NCBI GenBank assembly: GCA_009103225.1
Contig: RHPI01001715.1
Span: 1,020,011-1,084,010, forward strand
From: Chlorokybus atmophyticus
Lineage: Eukaryota > Plantae > Mesostigma and Chlorokybus algae
Length of the DNA: 64,000 nt
Direction: 5' to 3'
The notes beneath the pieces were generated by a model. That model searched no databases and had not been told where the DNA came from. It worked only from the letters and a program-made list of their open reading frames with translations. Positions 50,735 through 63,510 of this stretch are shown one piece after another; within the stretch, counting starts at the first letter, position 1, and every line of letters starts with the position of its first letter. A program made the position numbers and the translations under genes.

Positions 50735-53388
50735 ATGTGCTCACCTCCTGTCTCTTGACGAGGGGCTACTGACAAAGATTTTGTTGAAAGTGTGTCTCAT
50801 TGCGGTAAGCATAACTATGAAATGTGCGCAAATCAAAGCAAGCTTTTCCGTACTCACCGCACTTTCAGATGCAGAATGATGCTGCGCGGCTCTTGCTCGT
50901 GTGTAGGGTCTTCTGCGAGGTGCTCCTGTGAGGTGTCAAAGGTGACCAGCGTTCTGGGATGATGTGGATGTCAACAACCCAAAGTACGGTCTTATTGATG
51001 TGTTAAAGTCCATTTAAGGAAACGCGGGAGGGCGCTTTGCCCTCAACACGGCATACGTGCGTTGGGTGTGTTTGTGGCGAAACAGCTGCGAAGGGCTGCG
51101 GTTGCTTGGCGAAGTGTTTGTTGAGGTCACATTGGTGGAGTGCTTTCTTGGAATTGTTAATGTTGATACGTACAATCTGGCTCCAAGTCGAGCAGCTGCA
51201 AGATCATGCAAGCTGTATGTCGCGTTGTGTCCTTCTGGCCAAGCCTTGGACCTCAGCGCACTTGCAGCATGCAACCACCTGCAAGTGGTCACTTTGGAAT
51301 TAGCAGAGCAGTGTATTGATGAGCAGGCAGCGCCTACAGGCAGACCGGTGCTGATTGCAGCGCTGAGTGCCTTACCGCAGCTTGTCACTCTGACAATTTC
51401 TGCACCATCCTGCACGTTGTCACAACTGCCACAGATGCTGCAAGCCATTGAGCTGCTGGTGGATCGCCAAAAACACCGCCTGACGTTCAAGGACCATGAA
51501 TGGTCCGTGCCGCCAGACCGGAATTTTTCTTCGCAAAGTGATATTGGTGGACCATACATGCAGACGGTCCGTTTTTCATCAATAGTCGGACCATTCATGG
51601 TTCGAATGTCATGTGAATGGTACCATTGTTCCTTGGTACGCACCAGCTAAGGTACGAATTGCGGCTGCATTGGGACCGGATGTGGTCCGGGCAGCGGCGC
51701 GTATCATGGACCAAAGTGTATCATTAAACAATGTAGTGTAAAGTGCAATTGCAATAAAACTTGAACCACTTGTAGCCGGCGGCACCGGCCACGCTCGACC
51801 TGCGGCGCACGAGGCCGCGGTGTTAGAGGAACGATTGCTCAAGCAACACGCATTCGGTCGAATTCGGACACAGGACCTTTGGCAAACAAAGACGACGTCC
51901 TAACCGCTAAGCTTTAAGGCACTTACCAGTAAGAGTTGTTGAGTCCTTTTGTTATATATTTACAACAATGTGCCGCTTGGCGACTGTCGGTGAGCGGGGA
52001 TGATTGCTGATGAACAGTTGGCGGTTGTCACTGTGATAGTTTTTAGGCTGAGCCTACCAGGTATGCAAATAGACTTTACAACATTGGTACATGGACGGTA
52101 AATTAATAGCCGCAACTCGGCGGCTGTCGACACGCTAGTATTCAGGTTGAGAGTTATTATAATTGCAGCCCCCTGCAAGGTTACACACATTTGGACAATG
52201 CCTAGTATTAAGACGTGATGTGTAGTAGTCAATTGCGGCTATCAATAAAGCTTTTGTCTTTGTCAAGCTGTTGATGAAGCTGTGGACTCATAAGGTGTAA
52301 GTGGATGTACGTAAGGTTACATTAAGTAGGCATAATATGTATTATGTAATGTTGCTATGCATTTTTCGTGATGGATTGCTCCGCTATAGTCTACTGTATA
52401 CATTTGTGTTACCTAAATGACATCTATAAATATAACACTATCATGCATAACACCTTATTGACATGTTTATAAGTGTAATTGCACATCAAAAATGTGATAC
52501 GTATATAAGTGCATTTGCACATCGAAGATATGATAATTGTACATGCAACTTTGATGTCTGACTTAACTGCACAGCTGCAGACTGCAGCGGCAATACATGG
52601 ACAGTCCCTTACTCTAGAAGGCAAGGACCTTATTAGGCCAACATCTTATCGCTGTAGATTGTTGACAGCCGGGTTATCAGTTGACAGCCGCCGACCCTTT
52701 GCGGTTGTCCATTTGTCGGTGAGTATTTTCCGACAATCGGTGAGGCCTGTCGTGTATGATAACATTATGCATCTTCGTATGATCATGTCAGCAATCAATC
52801 GTTTGATAATCACCTTATGTACTACCTACCAGGCAGTCATGATAGCGCGGCTGCAGGGCCGCGATGAGCAGTCAGTGTACGAACTAGCTATGTCAATGGT
52901 CCGTGTCGCACAATACATGGGGCTGCACGGACTATTACGGTGCGCATAAGCAGGGCCGCAGGCCCGCGGGGCCGCGCCTGGTCCACCGAGATAACCAGCA
53001 CAGTGTACTGGTTCGTGCTGCGGTGCGGCACGGTGCGCAACTGCGCGCCATGGATAGGGGCCTCGGAAGGACCATGGATGGTCCGTCCCTCGAGTGCCTG
53101 GTCCGCGGAGGACGGATCATGGCCCGCGAGGTACGCGATGCATGGTCCTTGAACGTCAAGTCGTTTGGCGGACTCAACCCTCAGGATCACTTTGCCGGCC
53201 CAGAAGCGCAGCAACAGATGGTGAACTTGGTGTGCATGGGCCAGCTGAGTGCTATCTTGATATGCGCTTTCGGTCATGTCGAGACGACAATGAATATCAA
53301 CGGACGTCCCAGTGACATGGTTGGTGCGCTGGCGAGCATGATGCTTCTCATCTCAACACAGCATGGAGCCATGAAGATAAGTTTTTAA
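50735..53388 (+). pseudogene. F-box/LRR-like pseudogene interrupted by a TIR element
   Basis: ATG+T then AHLLSLDEGLLTKILLKV|GTAAG; next exon QNDAARLLLVCRVF..FWDDVDV; LRR-like LDLSALAACNHLQVVTLEL and LSALPQLVTLTI. Stops and frameshifts present. Frame resumes at 53159 after the insertion is removed. Confidence 0.6.
51481..53158. mobile_element. Non-autonomous TIR DNA element (1678 bp) with GGWCC-rich subterminal regions
   Basis: Perfect 18-bp inverted repeats TGACGTTCAAGGACCATG (51481-51498) and CATGGTCCTTGAACGTCA (53141-53158). Many TGGTCC/GGACCA motifs near both ends; AT-richer core. Confidence 0.75.
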
Positions 53389-54282
53389 AATAAAAAGCGC
53401 AAACGGACAGGTACCTTGAAGATTACGCAATGCACGTATGCTTCTTGTTCTGTGGGCCAAGTGAGGTAAGCTGTTACAAGAACAATTCGCACGCAGGTGT
53501 GGCGCCGGGGAATTGCTATTGCTAGTCATTCGACAAACTGTGTGTCTCTATAAGCGCACGAACACCAAAAGTCCGCTCAAAATACACAGCAGAAAGCCAG
53601 CTCTGAAGAGGAGAAGGTCAAGCTGTATGAGATCATGTATTGAGAAAGGCACAATAAAGACCTCAATTGTAAGCCACTTTCGCTTCGACAACTATGACAG
53701 ACTGTGAGCGCGCTCCCGCCAACGCTGCAGTCGACGTGGCCTCTCATGGCTGTAGATAAAGATGAAAGCGCTGCTGAGAATAACATTGCTTGCTATATAT
53801 GTCAATGAGCACCTGTCACGGCTACCCTTGTGCACACCAGTGTGGATGTCCAAGGCCATGCAAGGTGGCCGACTGGCTACATACTCCAACCAGGCATGTG
53901 CGTGTTTGATGCAGTGACGAATATGATGCTTGTGCTTGTACAAAACGCTTGTAACTGCTTATACAACATGTTTGACGAATGTTTGCATGGGCATAGACCA
54001 TCCGCCAAATGCCTCGATCAGCGCTTGGTGGTGAGGCAATTGCGAGCACGATGGTTCCACATGCTTGCATCACTTCTCTGCCTGAGGGGGTTACAGTTGC
54101 TATAGCCCCAACAATTGTACTGATGCGTTCAACGCATCAGCACAACCGTAGATGATACATTCAACAAGTTGTCAAGTCTATCATCGCATGCTGTTAAAAA
54201 GTATGATTGTCAGTTCAAACAGTGGCAGCAACTCTCACCTGCGCAGGGTGCATGAATGCCTTGCAACGTGTATTGAAGCAAA

Positions 54283-54284
<2 letters not shown>

Positions 54285-54337
<53 letters not shown>
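54285..54337. repeat. (TC)n microsatellite
   Basis: About 26 perfect TC units. Confidence 0.95.
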
Positions 54338-54340
<3 letters not shown>

Positions 54341-55757
54341 AAAGACCATGGTATGACTTGCATTAAGCCTGAATCCAACCCTCATGCACTGAACTCTCAT
54401 GCTCTTAGCTTGAGCAAGAGCAGTTAGAACGTTAGTGGTTACATAGCAGCATCCTGCTTATAATAAACACCGCGGCAAGTTACGCGTTTAAAAAACAACC
54501 AACCTGCAACTTTGCAGCTGACTGCAAAGAACAGGTTGGTGATGTGTAGCTACTTGCTATTGTTGCATCAATATCAACATGCAAGCAGGCTAATGCGGTG
54601 GTCGAATTAGGGGTAAGATGATACCCGACCAACTGTGACGGTAACGCCAATCTTTAGCTTTACTAGCTAATGAAGCAATGCTAATTGTCAGTTTGCATGC
54701 ACTTCAAGCGCATTTGTATGTTTTTAAATCATCAATGTTTTTACTATGCTTACAATAACAGCTTAGATTCGTATCGTTCATAAAAAACAGATATAATTAT
54801 CTGCACGTTGTAACATGTTGCGAAATGCTCATCAGCATCCTTACGAACAATTAATTACAGCAACCATCGCCAATTTGTTAGTTGTGTCAGTGGTATCACG
54901 CATTATTGTATTGTTTTAATGCGTTTACTATTGCATTGCCCGCTATCGGGGTCCACTTCCAAGTAATCAACTCACGAATTGATGAAGCACTCATGTCAAT
55001 CAACGACTTGTTCACTTGCTTTAACACAAATGCACTATGAAAAATGCTTCAGCAATGGCTCGCTTCATCAGACCGTGTATAAGAGTATACTTATCACTGC
55101 TGCATTTACATTAGAGTAGTTCAGATAAATTAAGGTACCATGTCAACATATCCAAGGACTGTGCTAAGGTCAACATGGTGCCGCCCCTCACGCTCACTGA
55201 GATTAAAGTTATGCTGCATGCAACACTACCGTAGTGACACATACATTACAACCCACACCTATTTTTGCGGATTATTTTCAGTTCAACCTTTTGCTTTTGC
55301 GATTGTAAAATTCAATGCATTTATCAATGTTAATGACAGTCAGGCCCAAAACACACTGTTAAAATCACCACCTAAGCCATGTCATGATTATGTTTTGATC
55401 GCAATGTATTTGTTTCTACAGTATTTATGACGTCAGGATGCAATCTGCATAATGCAACATCATGCAAGGCGTTGGAGTTGAGACTGTCAACTTGAGAGCG
55501 AGATTTCTCGAATTTGAAAATTCGGGCAACCGCCTACACGTGGCAAGCAGCACCAAAGCTATGCATTTTGTAGTCCTACAGCAAAACGCTCTTCAACAAA
55601 CCTCCAACAAAAAGATAAAACTCGCGCCCAAATGCAGACCGCAGTCAAGCATAGCACTTAAACCTCAAGAGCCAACCAGGCATCGCCTTGTTCCAACCTC
55701 CCATTTGCCGTTAACGATAGCTATCGACGGCGCACATTCTTTCTCGAGGCGGTTGCA

Positions 55758-55849
55758 AAACCCTAACTGCGAACGGTAAAACCGGTTAGTTGAACAAACT
55801 CCATTGCTCCAAATGCACAGCTAAAACTAACGGGCCTAAACTAGGGTTT
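55758..55849. promoter_or_regulatory. Two telo-box-like motifs upstream of the 14-3-3 gene
   Basis: AAACCCTAA at 55758-55766 and TAGGGTTT at 55842-55849, with GGGCC at 55832; within 270 bp of the ATG. Confidence 0.4.
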
Positions 55850-56028
55850 GTGCGTTACGCTGCCTCCCGCCTGTCAGCGAATGCGGGAGTCTGTTTTGGG
55901 GTTTTGACGGCAGGGGCGGCGGCGGGCTGCGGGGCGGCGTCCGGGCCGGCGTCGTTGGGGGGAGAGGGGGCTGCAAGCGAGGCGGGGATTGGGTGTGAAG
56001 CGTGAGCAGACGAACTCCGCCGTTCACC

Positions 56029-57847
56029 ATGGCCGACAGGGAGGCCAATGTTTACATGGCCAAGCTCGCCGAGCAGGCCGAGCGCTACGACGAGATGGTC
56101 GAGGCGATGGAGAAGGTGAGCATCGTAGTAGCACAGCGGTTGGGGTGTTGTGGTTTTGTGTTGCATCGGCCTGGATGATGGTGTGCGACGATCATAAGAA
56201 GGCACTGGCCGTCGGCTTGCAATGTACGTCGTTTGCCTTGAGGTTTGCCCCTTCGGTGCTGGAAATGGCGCCGGCAGCTGCCGCTGCTGCCTACTCGTTG
56301 AGGGTTTGCGCCAATGCATTGAAATGCTATTGCATTGCAAACATAGTGGCAGCCGTACGACAACCCTCGTTGCATTCATGCCTCAAACCGTTGGCATGCT
56401 AGCCGTCGCATCATATCGTGCTGCTGTCACCGTACATCGCTTGACAGGTGCTTTAGGGTGAATGTCAGCTATTGTACAACGGCCTACGGCTTTGTTGCGT
56501 ACAGAACAACAAGTATGTACACTATGCTGTGTTTGCGTCATTGCGCCAGGCGGACGGGGTGGGGTTAGGGTGCATTGGTGATAATACCAGCTTATTATGT
56601 GCTGCCACTTCAACATTCAGAGCCATGGTGGTTGCTTCCACGTGTAATGCTCAGTTCTTGTACGCAATTCGCCGCCGTGCAGGTCGCTCGCACCGTGGAG
56701 GTTGAGGAGCTGACCGTGGAGGAGCGCAATCTGCTGTCAGTCGCATACAAGAATGTCATTGGCGCACGCCGTGCCTCCTGGCGCATTATCTCGTCCATTG
56801 AGCAGAAGGAGGTGAGCGAGACAACAGATCATTCTGCAATGTCAGACGTAGTGGTGTGTACCTTGCCATGTCATCAAGACATGCTTTGCATCAGGATAGG
56901 TTAGTTGTCTGCTATCGGTACTGCTTGATGGGTTCTGGAGCTCATCAATTGCATGTATGTAACGCCAACCAAGGGGTTTCAGGCTATTGTCTCGTATACA
57001 TCCTTAGCGGTTTGCAGAACTGCAGCAGTCTGGGTGCATCTGGACACTGGTCATTGCACACATTGTCCTCATACCAGTCATGCTCACAGGACAGCCGTGG
57101 CAACCATGATCACGTTACCAAAATCAAGAACTATCGCGCGGTCATTGAAAAGGAGCTGGAGAGCATCTGCCACAGCATCCTGAATCTCCTTGATACACAT
57201 CTCATCCCCAGCAGCTCCTCTGGAGAGTCAAAAGTGTTCTACCTGAAAATGAAAGGGGATTACCACCGCTATCTTGCAGAGTTTAAGACCGGCGAGGAGC
57301 GCAAGGAGGCTGCCGAGGCCACTCTGCACGCCTACAAGTCCGCGCAGGACATCGCGCTTGTTGATCTTGCTCCAACCCACCCCATCCGCCTGGGCCTGGC
57401 CCTGAACTTCTCTGTTTTCTACTATGAGATTCTCAACTCCCCAGAGCGCGCCTGCCACCTTGCAAAGCAGGTACAAACATTACTTCAGAGAGTTGGTTTA
57501 CAACAGTACAGCGTCAGTCAGGCGGAAATTGCATGCCAGCTTCTTGATTTCAGATACTGTCACATGCACTCATACAACTTTTGGCAGGCATTCGATGAGG
57601 CCATTGCAGAGTTAGACAGCCTCGGCGAAGAGTCCTACAAGGACAGCACGCTCATCATGCAGCTGCTCAGGGACAACCTTACGCTGTGGACATCAGACAT
57701 GCAGGTTCGCAAGCATGCACATGATTTTTGGACTGTTGTGTGAAAGGCATGGCAGTAATGCGTTACTCATTCGTCTGCATTTTCGTGGTTTTCCAGGAGG
57801 AGGGTGCTGAAGAAGGCAAAGCCGATGACAAAGATGATGCCGAGTAG
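56029..57847 (+). CDS. GRF: 14-3-3 protein, 5 exons
   Basis: Exons 56029-56115, 56683-56811, 57090-57470, 57588-57704 and 57797-57847. [88 protein letters not shown]. Confidence 0.98.
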
Positions 57848-59559
57848 AGTAGCGTAATTGTCAGGATGGGGCAAGGCGTATGTGTGGGTGGCGCTCCTGG
57901 CTGCACGTCATCGCATCAAACTGTAAGTGCAGAGGCGTTGGGGCAACTTGGAGAACACTTGGCAGTATAGATATGGGGGTTCGTTCTGTTGCAACTTGCA
58001 TAATGACATTGGGGTTGTGAAGTGGCTGGGCGTATTCAGCTTCACAATTAAGGGATGTATAGCTTACTCCATCAGCTGTGCGGGTAACATTCATTTCCTG
58101 TAGTGGCAATGTGCTGTTACCTATACTGCCTCCATTCGTGGTCAGCAATGTCCAGCCGATTCTTATGGTCACAAGTTGTCATTATGTTATCGACGCTACA
58201 TTCTGGCGTTGTTAAGGTTATGTTGCTGTCAATGCTACACCATGCGGTGTTTGCATAACAATTGAGTGCCACAATGCCACAATCCCCATCATCGCGGCTT
58301 TGACATCTATATTGATTATGTTATGGTTTTACGCACGTTTAAAGTAGATGGATGCGTCACAAGTGTTGGGCATGAACTTAATGACTCAGCTTGAAGTCAA
58401 CTACGTTAATGGCATACAATAACATCAGGACATGTTGTGTTTATGTTTTTGTTTATGATGATAAGCTTTCATCTCGAATGATCATGCATGTGGTGTTAAG
58501 TAAAGAAAGAAATAGTCTTGTCGTCTCAACTATTTAGCATGAATTGTGAAAACGAACAGTCGTGATTGCTTTTTGCCTATGTGTACAGGATATATGACGT
58601 GCTATTATGTGTTATGCGACAGTGAGAATGTGTACAAGATATATATGACATGCTGTTGTGCACACGCATGCAATATGCACATCACTCAAGCATTTCACTC
58701 ACACTAGTATACATCACCGTTGTTACCACCGCGCTATGATTCTTCGCTACTCTACATCAACTAGCCTTCCCCGTTCGACATGCATGCATATGCACACAAA
58801 TGTCATTACCTGCCCACATGGGCTGCTGTGTCCACTCATGTGCTTTATGTTCCGTTGTATGCACTGGCTGTTCCTGACCATTTACGACTGAATCATGCAT
58901 GTGTACCGTATTTCATCGTATGCCCCAAGTTTGCATTGTCCTCGCCGCCCGGAAGGACCATNNNNNNNNNNNNNNNNNNNNNNNNNNNNNNNNNNNNNNN
59001 NNNNNNNNNNNNNNNNNNNNNNNNNNNNNNNNNNNNNNNNNNNNNNNNNNNNNNNNNNNNNNNNNNNNNNNNNNNNNNNNNNNNNNNNNNNNNNNNNNNN
59101 NNNNNNNNNNNNNNNNNNNNNNNNNNNNNNNNNNNNNNNNNNNNNNNCCCCTTCCCTCTCTCACCCTCTCATGTTACTGAGAACCAAGTTTGCTTGCTAG
59201 TAATGAAGATGCAGTTGAAATCTGTTATTTAAGATCTTGCATCACTGGGAAACTACGTTTGCGGAGAGTGAGTGCCGAAGAAAGAAATATAACACTTATG
59301 TAAATGTCATGCACGCCGACCGCAAATTTCCTATTAAAAACCTACACATACCAACAAACAAGTAAACTTCAGCACAATAGGCAAAGCATAAGTGTCGTTA
59401 AAAATGTAATGAGATTACGTAGAGTGCCTTACATGTTGGCTAGCCGTCGTGTTGCTCTTTCTTGTTACACATAAGGCAACATTGTCAATGATGTATCATT
59501 TATACTGCTTTTTCTGAACATGCCCCCCCACCCCANCGGCAGTTATGGCAGGCTCAAGA

Positions 59560-60059
59560 CTGTCATCAAGAAGGATGTCTACACAGCAACAACAACAACA
59601 GTTGATACGCAGACGACATAGTGGATCGTACTGCATGCCAACAATCGCGCTGTCAATCGTGTGTACGCCACACTACGTGTTGCAGTCTACCTTTGTGTAT
59701 GATGCTGATCTTGACACGTATTCTTCCTCGCGAGTACTAGCATACAAGTGTTGCGCTGGCTATTCCGTTGTTTCTTGACAAGCATTTGGTAGAATAGAGG
59801 GGCCATGAGTCATACAAAGCACAGAGCAAACATATGCACCTTGATCACCAACAACAAAGAAAGCGACTAGCGCTGAAGGGGCCGGACCTATGTGCCAGGA
59901 TAGGCAGCAGGCAGTAGCGGCTGCGGATTCCGCCCAACCTGCAGGCTGGCAGAGGGAGGCAAAGGCCGATGTTAGGGCGGCGGTAGCAGGCACAAGGACG
60001 ATGACAACGATGACGATGACAATCAGCCCCCGCCGCCAACGGCCGCGAAGCATAGCCAT
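59560..60059 (-). CDS. Putative secreted/type II membrane protein; first exon only, downstream structure unresolved
   Basis: MAMLRGRWRRGLIVIVIVVIVLVPATAA hydrophobic signal/anchor. AFFVVGDQG|GTGCAT loosely resembles the metallophosphoesterase FxVxGDxG motif; later motifs not found. Confidence 0.3.
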
Positions 60060-60415
60060 ATGGCAGTGACATGCTTACGCGTCTCACATTGTGCTTCAGC
60101 TTGGCATATGCAAAACAACACCGCAGTACCCCACATTTGCAGCACTCCGTTGCTACTACCAACTTCAAACCAAAAGCGTGCACAAACTTTCCTACAGCCG
60201 ATAAATAAATTACAGTTGTACCTCACACTTGTCAACGCACCATGTAGTATTTGGTTCGTGCTGCAACGCAGCAGGTGCCACACGTGCCACATATCAAGTT
60301 TCATCGATGGTTACAGACCATGCAGGCATGTCGTATTCTATGCACAACTCGAAGCAATACAGCTGTTCTGCCGCCGCCGCATTGCAGCCACCAGTTTTTG
60401 CACACAGCAGAGGAG

Positions 60416-62664
60416 CTACAGAGCAGCGCTCTTTGCAATCGCAGGCACGCCATAGATGTCGTACCTGCGATGCTGGCGTGCACACAAACTTTCAGCAAAC
60501 ACGCTGTGTGTCACTGAGAGAAACAACATCGGCACCAGCAGCAAGGCACTTACACTCTCCACGGGCATGCGCATGCGCACGGCGTCAACCAATGATAGGT
60601 CTAAATCTGCTATTGCAAGGCCTGTTGCCAATGGATCTGCAACCAGACGAGAACATGATGTGATATGCGCAAGGAGTAGCCACGTTAAGCACACGCGAAT
60701 CAGTAATAGTTGCATGCGCTACTCACCTTCAGTCGCTGCCACAACCTTTCCCCAAGGATCGATGATCATAGCGTGTCCATAGCTCTCTCGCTTGGCGTTG
60801 TGTCGGCCCGTCTGCGCAGCAGCCAGGACCTGCGAGCAGGTGATGATATTGTTGGTCACGTTCAGGCTTGCCAACTTGGTGATACAAAGAAATGTAGCGA
60901 TGGGACGGTCTGCAATTGTGCAACAGCTCTCTGGTCGAGCATTGCGCCAAGCCAAAGACACTCACATAACACTGGGTTTCAATGGCCCGCGCGCGCAGCA
61001 ACACCTCCCAATGCGCCTCTCCCGTTGGCTTCGTGAAGGCTGCTGGTATCAACAACACCTGGCATGACCGAAGCATTGCATGCGCCAGCAATTACCAAAT
61101 GCACAACAGTCAACGAAGCTAACTGGCTAAGTGATTTAACTTGAATGAACTTGGCAGATGGCGCACGTGCTCGTGCACCTGGCCCTGAAACAACAGAATC
61201 TTAGAGGCCAACCAAGCACACTAACCTGTGCTTTTTGTTGAAACCTCAACTGCTGGAAAAGCTGAGGGAATCTCAAGTCGTAGCACACAGAAAGCCCCAA
61301 CCTTCCAGCTGGACTGTCTGCCACAGTTAGCGAGCTACCTGCACCAACTCAGCATCATCAATCGCCACGAGTCGACTGCCTTGCAGCTACGGAAGTCACA
61401 AACATGCAGCACAACACTTTGTTGCTCACCCGCCTTTGTTGATTTGCTCTCCATCAACCTTGGCCCGTCAGGAATGTCCACGTCAAATCTGAACCACAAC
61501 AGCATTTCAATCAATACACGTGCAAACACCAACATGCAATTGTGCCTCTCTGTGACGGGTGGAACAAGCAGAGCAGTCGAGGGCTTACAAGTGTATCTTC
61601 CGGTATACAGCAACCTTGTGGCCCTCGCTGTCAATCAGCACGTGCGTGTTGTTCAACCTTGAAGGATCAGCACTGGTCTCCTGAAACCCTCCCAAACTGA
61701 GCCACATCTTCGTGTCCCTGCACCATCACAACAACACTGCAATGTGTAGCAGCAGTACTTACACACCGCCACACCATGCTGTGGGCAAACTTCTACCGAG
61801 CATGGAAGATGCAGTTGTGTACCTTGCGAGTGCGCAGTAGCGACCCATCGATGGGCCGTCTAGCGGCTCCGCGGCTGCCAGGGCCTCGCCATCTTGCTCA
61901 CCAATAAAGCAGTGACACTCTGGGAGGCACAGCAATTTGCACCCTGCGGCTGCTGCATCCTGTTCACACATGCTCCTTCAACTGCTGGTTGCTGTTCCAA
62001 GCATAGCAAAGCAGAAGCTGAAGCTGTGTGGTGCATCATACACGTGTGGGTGACTCTGTATGCAACAGCCACATCCACACGATTGCTTGCCAATACACTA
62101 CTTGCAGCTGCAATGCTTGTTAGGTGAGCTCACAGTAAGTGCATGCAACTTGACAGCCTTCTCCTTATGCAGGTGTGGTAGAAGCGACGCATTCACTGTT
62201 GAACCATTCCCACAATGCATGCACGTTCCAGCATGGTGAGCTGACAATGCAAGTGCATTGCACCCATCTGTCGTCAACGCGTGAAGTGAGTTGGCAGCTG
62301 CGTACTTGTCGATGCCAGTGCATTGACAGCTGCTTACATGCGCAAGGCGGCAGCAGACGTGGAAGTTGTCCTCCTTCTTGTTTGTGGAGGTCATCTGGGC
62401 GACAGCGACGCGGACTGGAGCGCTGGCTGGCGACGGCAATTTGGCATTGGTGGTGGTGGTGGTCGCCTGGACCTGAACGTCATCTGCAGTGACAACGCCA
62501 TTGCTGCTGTCGCCGTTGATGACGAGCGCTGCCATGCTGGTCAATGGCGTCGTCGCCGTCGCCGCCAGCGCCCGCCTCACCCCACCCGGCGCCGCCTGCA
62601 CCAGCGAACAGCACCGCAGACCACCCCCAGAAGCAGTAGCAGCCGGCAAAGCCCTCAGCAACAT
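60416..62664 (-). CDS. NIT1: Nitrilase-family Nit1-type (deaminated glutathione amidase) with transit peptide, multi-exon
   Basis: RVAVAQMTS; catalytic triad LPEC (E), YRKIHLFDVD (K), SVCYDLRFP (C); [28 protein letters not shown]; [14 protein letters not shown]; HRRYDIY C-terminus; TAG at 60416-60418. Confidence 0.93.
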
Positions 62665-63510
62665 CCAAACCCTCAACCACCACCACAAACGACCACAACC
62701 ACCACCTACTGCCTCTCCCCACCCACCCACACACACCACCTCCGCCGCCGCCGCCGCCGCCTGCTTCTCCTCCTGGAAGCCCACAATGCAAGCTTGTACT
62801 TGCACTTGTACCCAATCCAATATAAACCTCCACCAGTCCGGCCAGCCGGTGCTGCCGCCGGCTTGTCTGGTCTGGGCGACGCAGCACCGATGCAATCTAA
62901 CTGGTAAGGCCTCGTCGTCGCCTCCGGTCGCATCGCCCCATCACCGGCTTGACATGTTTTGATGATTGTAATGGACAAAGAGTGGAGTGGCTGACTCGGC
63001 ACGCAAAAGTGCTCCCCGCGCTCCCATGCTGACGTGTTCAAGGATCACCACAACCGACGGTGCTTACAATTTGGCCGCTGTGAAAGAGAGGTGGGGCGCA
63101 GCAGGGACCGGGTAGTGACACCCGCTCATTACGTTTGTGGCTGGTAGCTTTCGGTCGATGCGTGTCCCTGAGCAGCAACTGATCTTCCGTGCAAACATAC
63201 GGTACAAGCGTATGGCCTAGGCTACGGGGCTTTGCGTTGCGTCACAAGTAGGCCGCCAAGTGCACACGCTGTGCGGCTGCTCCGCACAACATGGGCTGCA
63301 ATTTTGTGCGCTTACGTTAGGGAGTATGATGTAAGCGCAGCAACCCGAACAATGCGTTGTAACGTGCGCGGCGGGCATGTCGCCGGTGTTGCTGTCTCCA
63401 TTCAGCAAGGAAGCAGGCATGGCCGGATAGGCTGCGGCAGGCGAAAGACTTTCAACATGCTGCCTGCATTAGCTAGCTAGCTAGCGCCGACTATCTGCTG
63501 CCGCGCACCG

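Noticed and set aside
50730-50950. Apparent minus-strand exons with GTGAG donors
   Set aside because: Better explained as the antisense of the plus-strand F-box pseudogene, which has a domain signature and its own splice sites.
58945-58961. GGAAGGACCAT before the N gap as another TIR-element end
   Set aside because: Only about 9-11 bp of similarity and the rest is hidden by Ns; could be chance.
62175-62962. Several overlapping plus-strand ORFs
   Set aside because: Antisense shadows of the GC-rich, low-complexity first exon and 5' region of Nit1.
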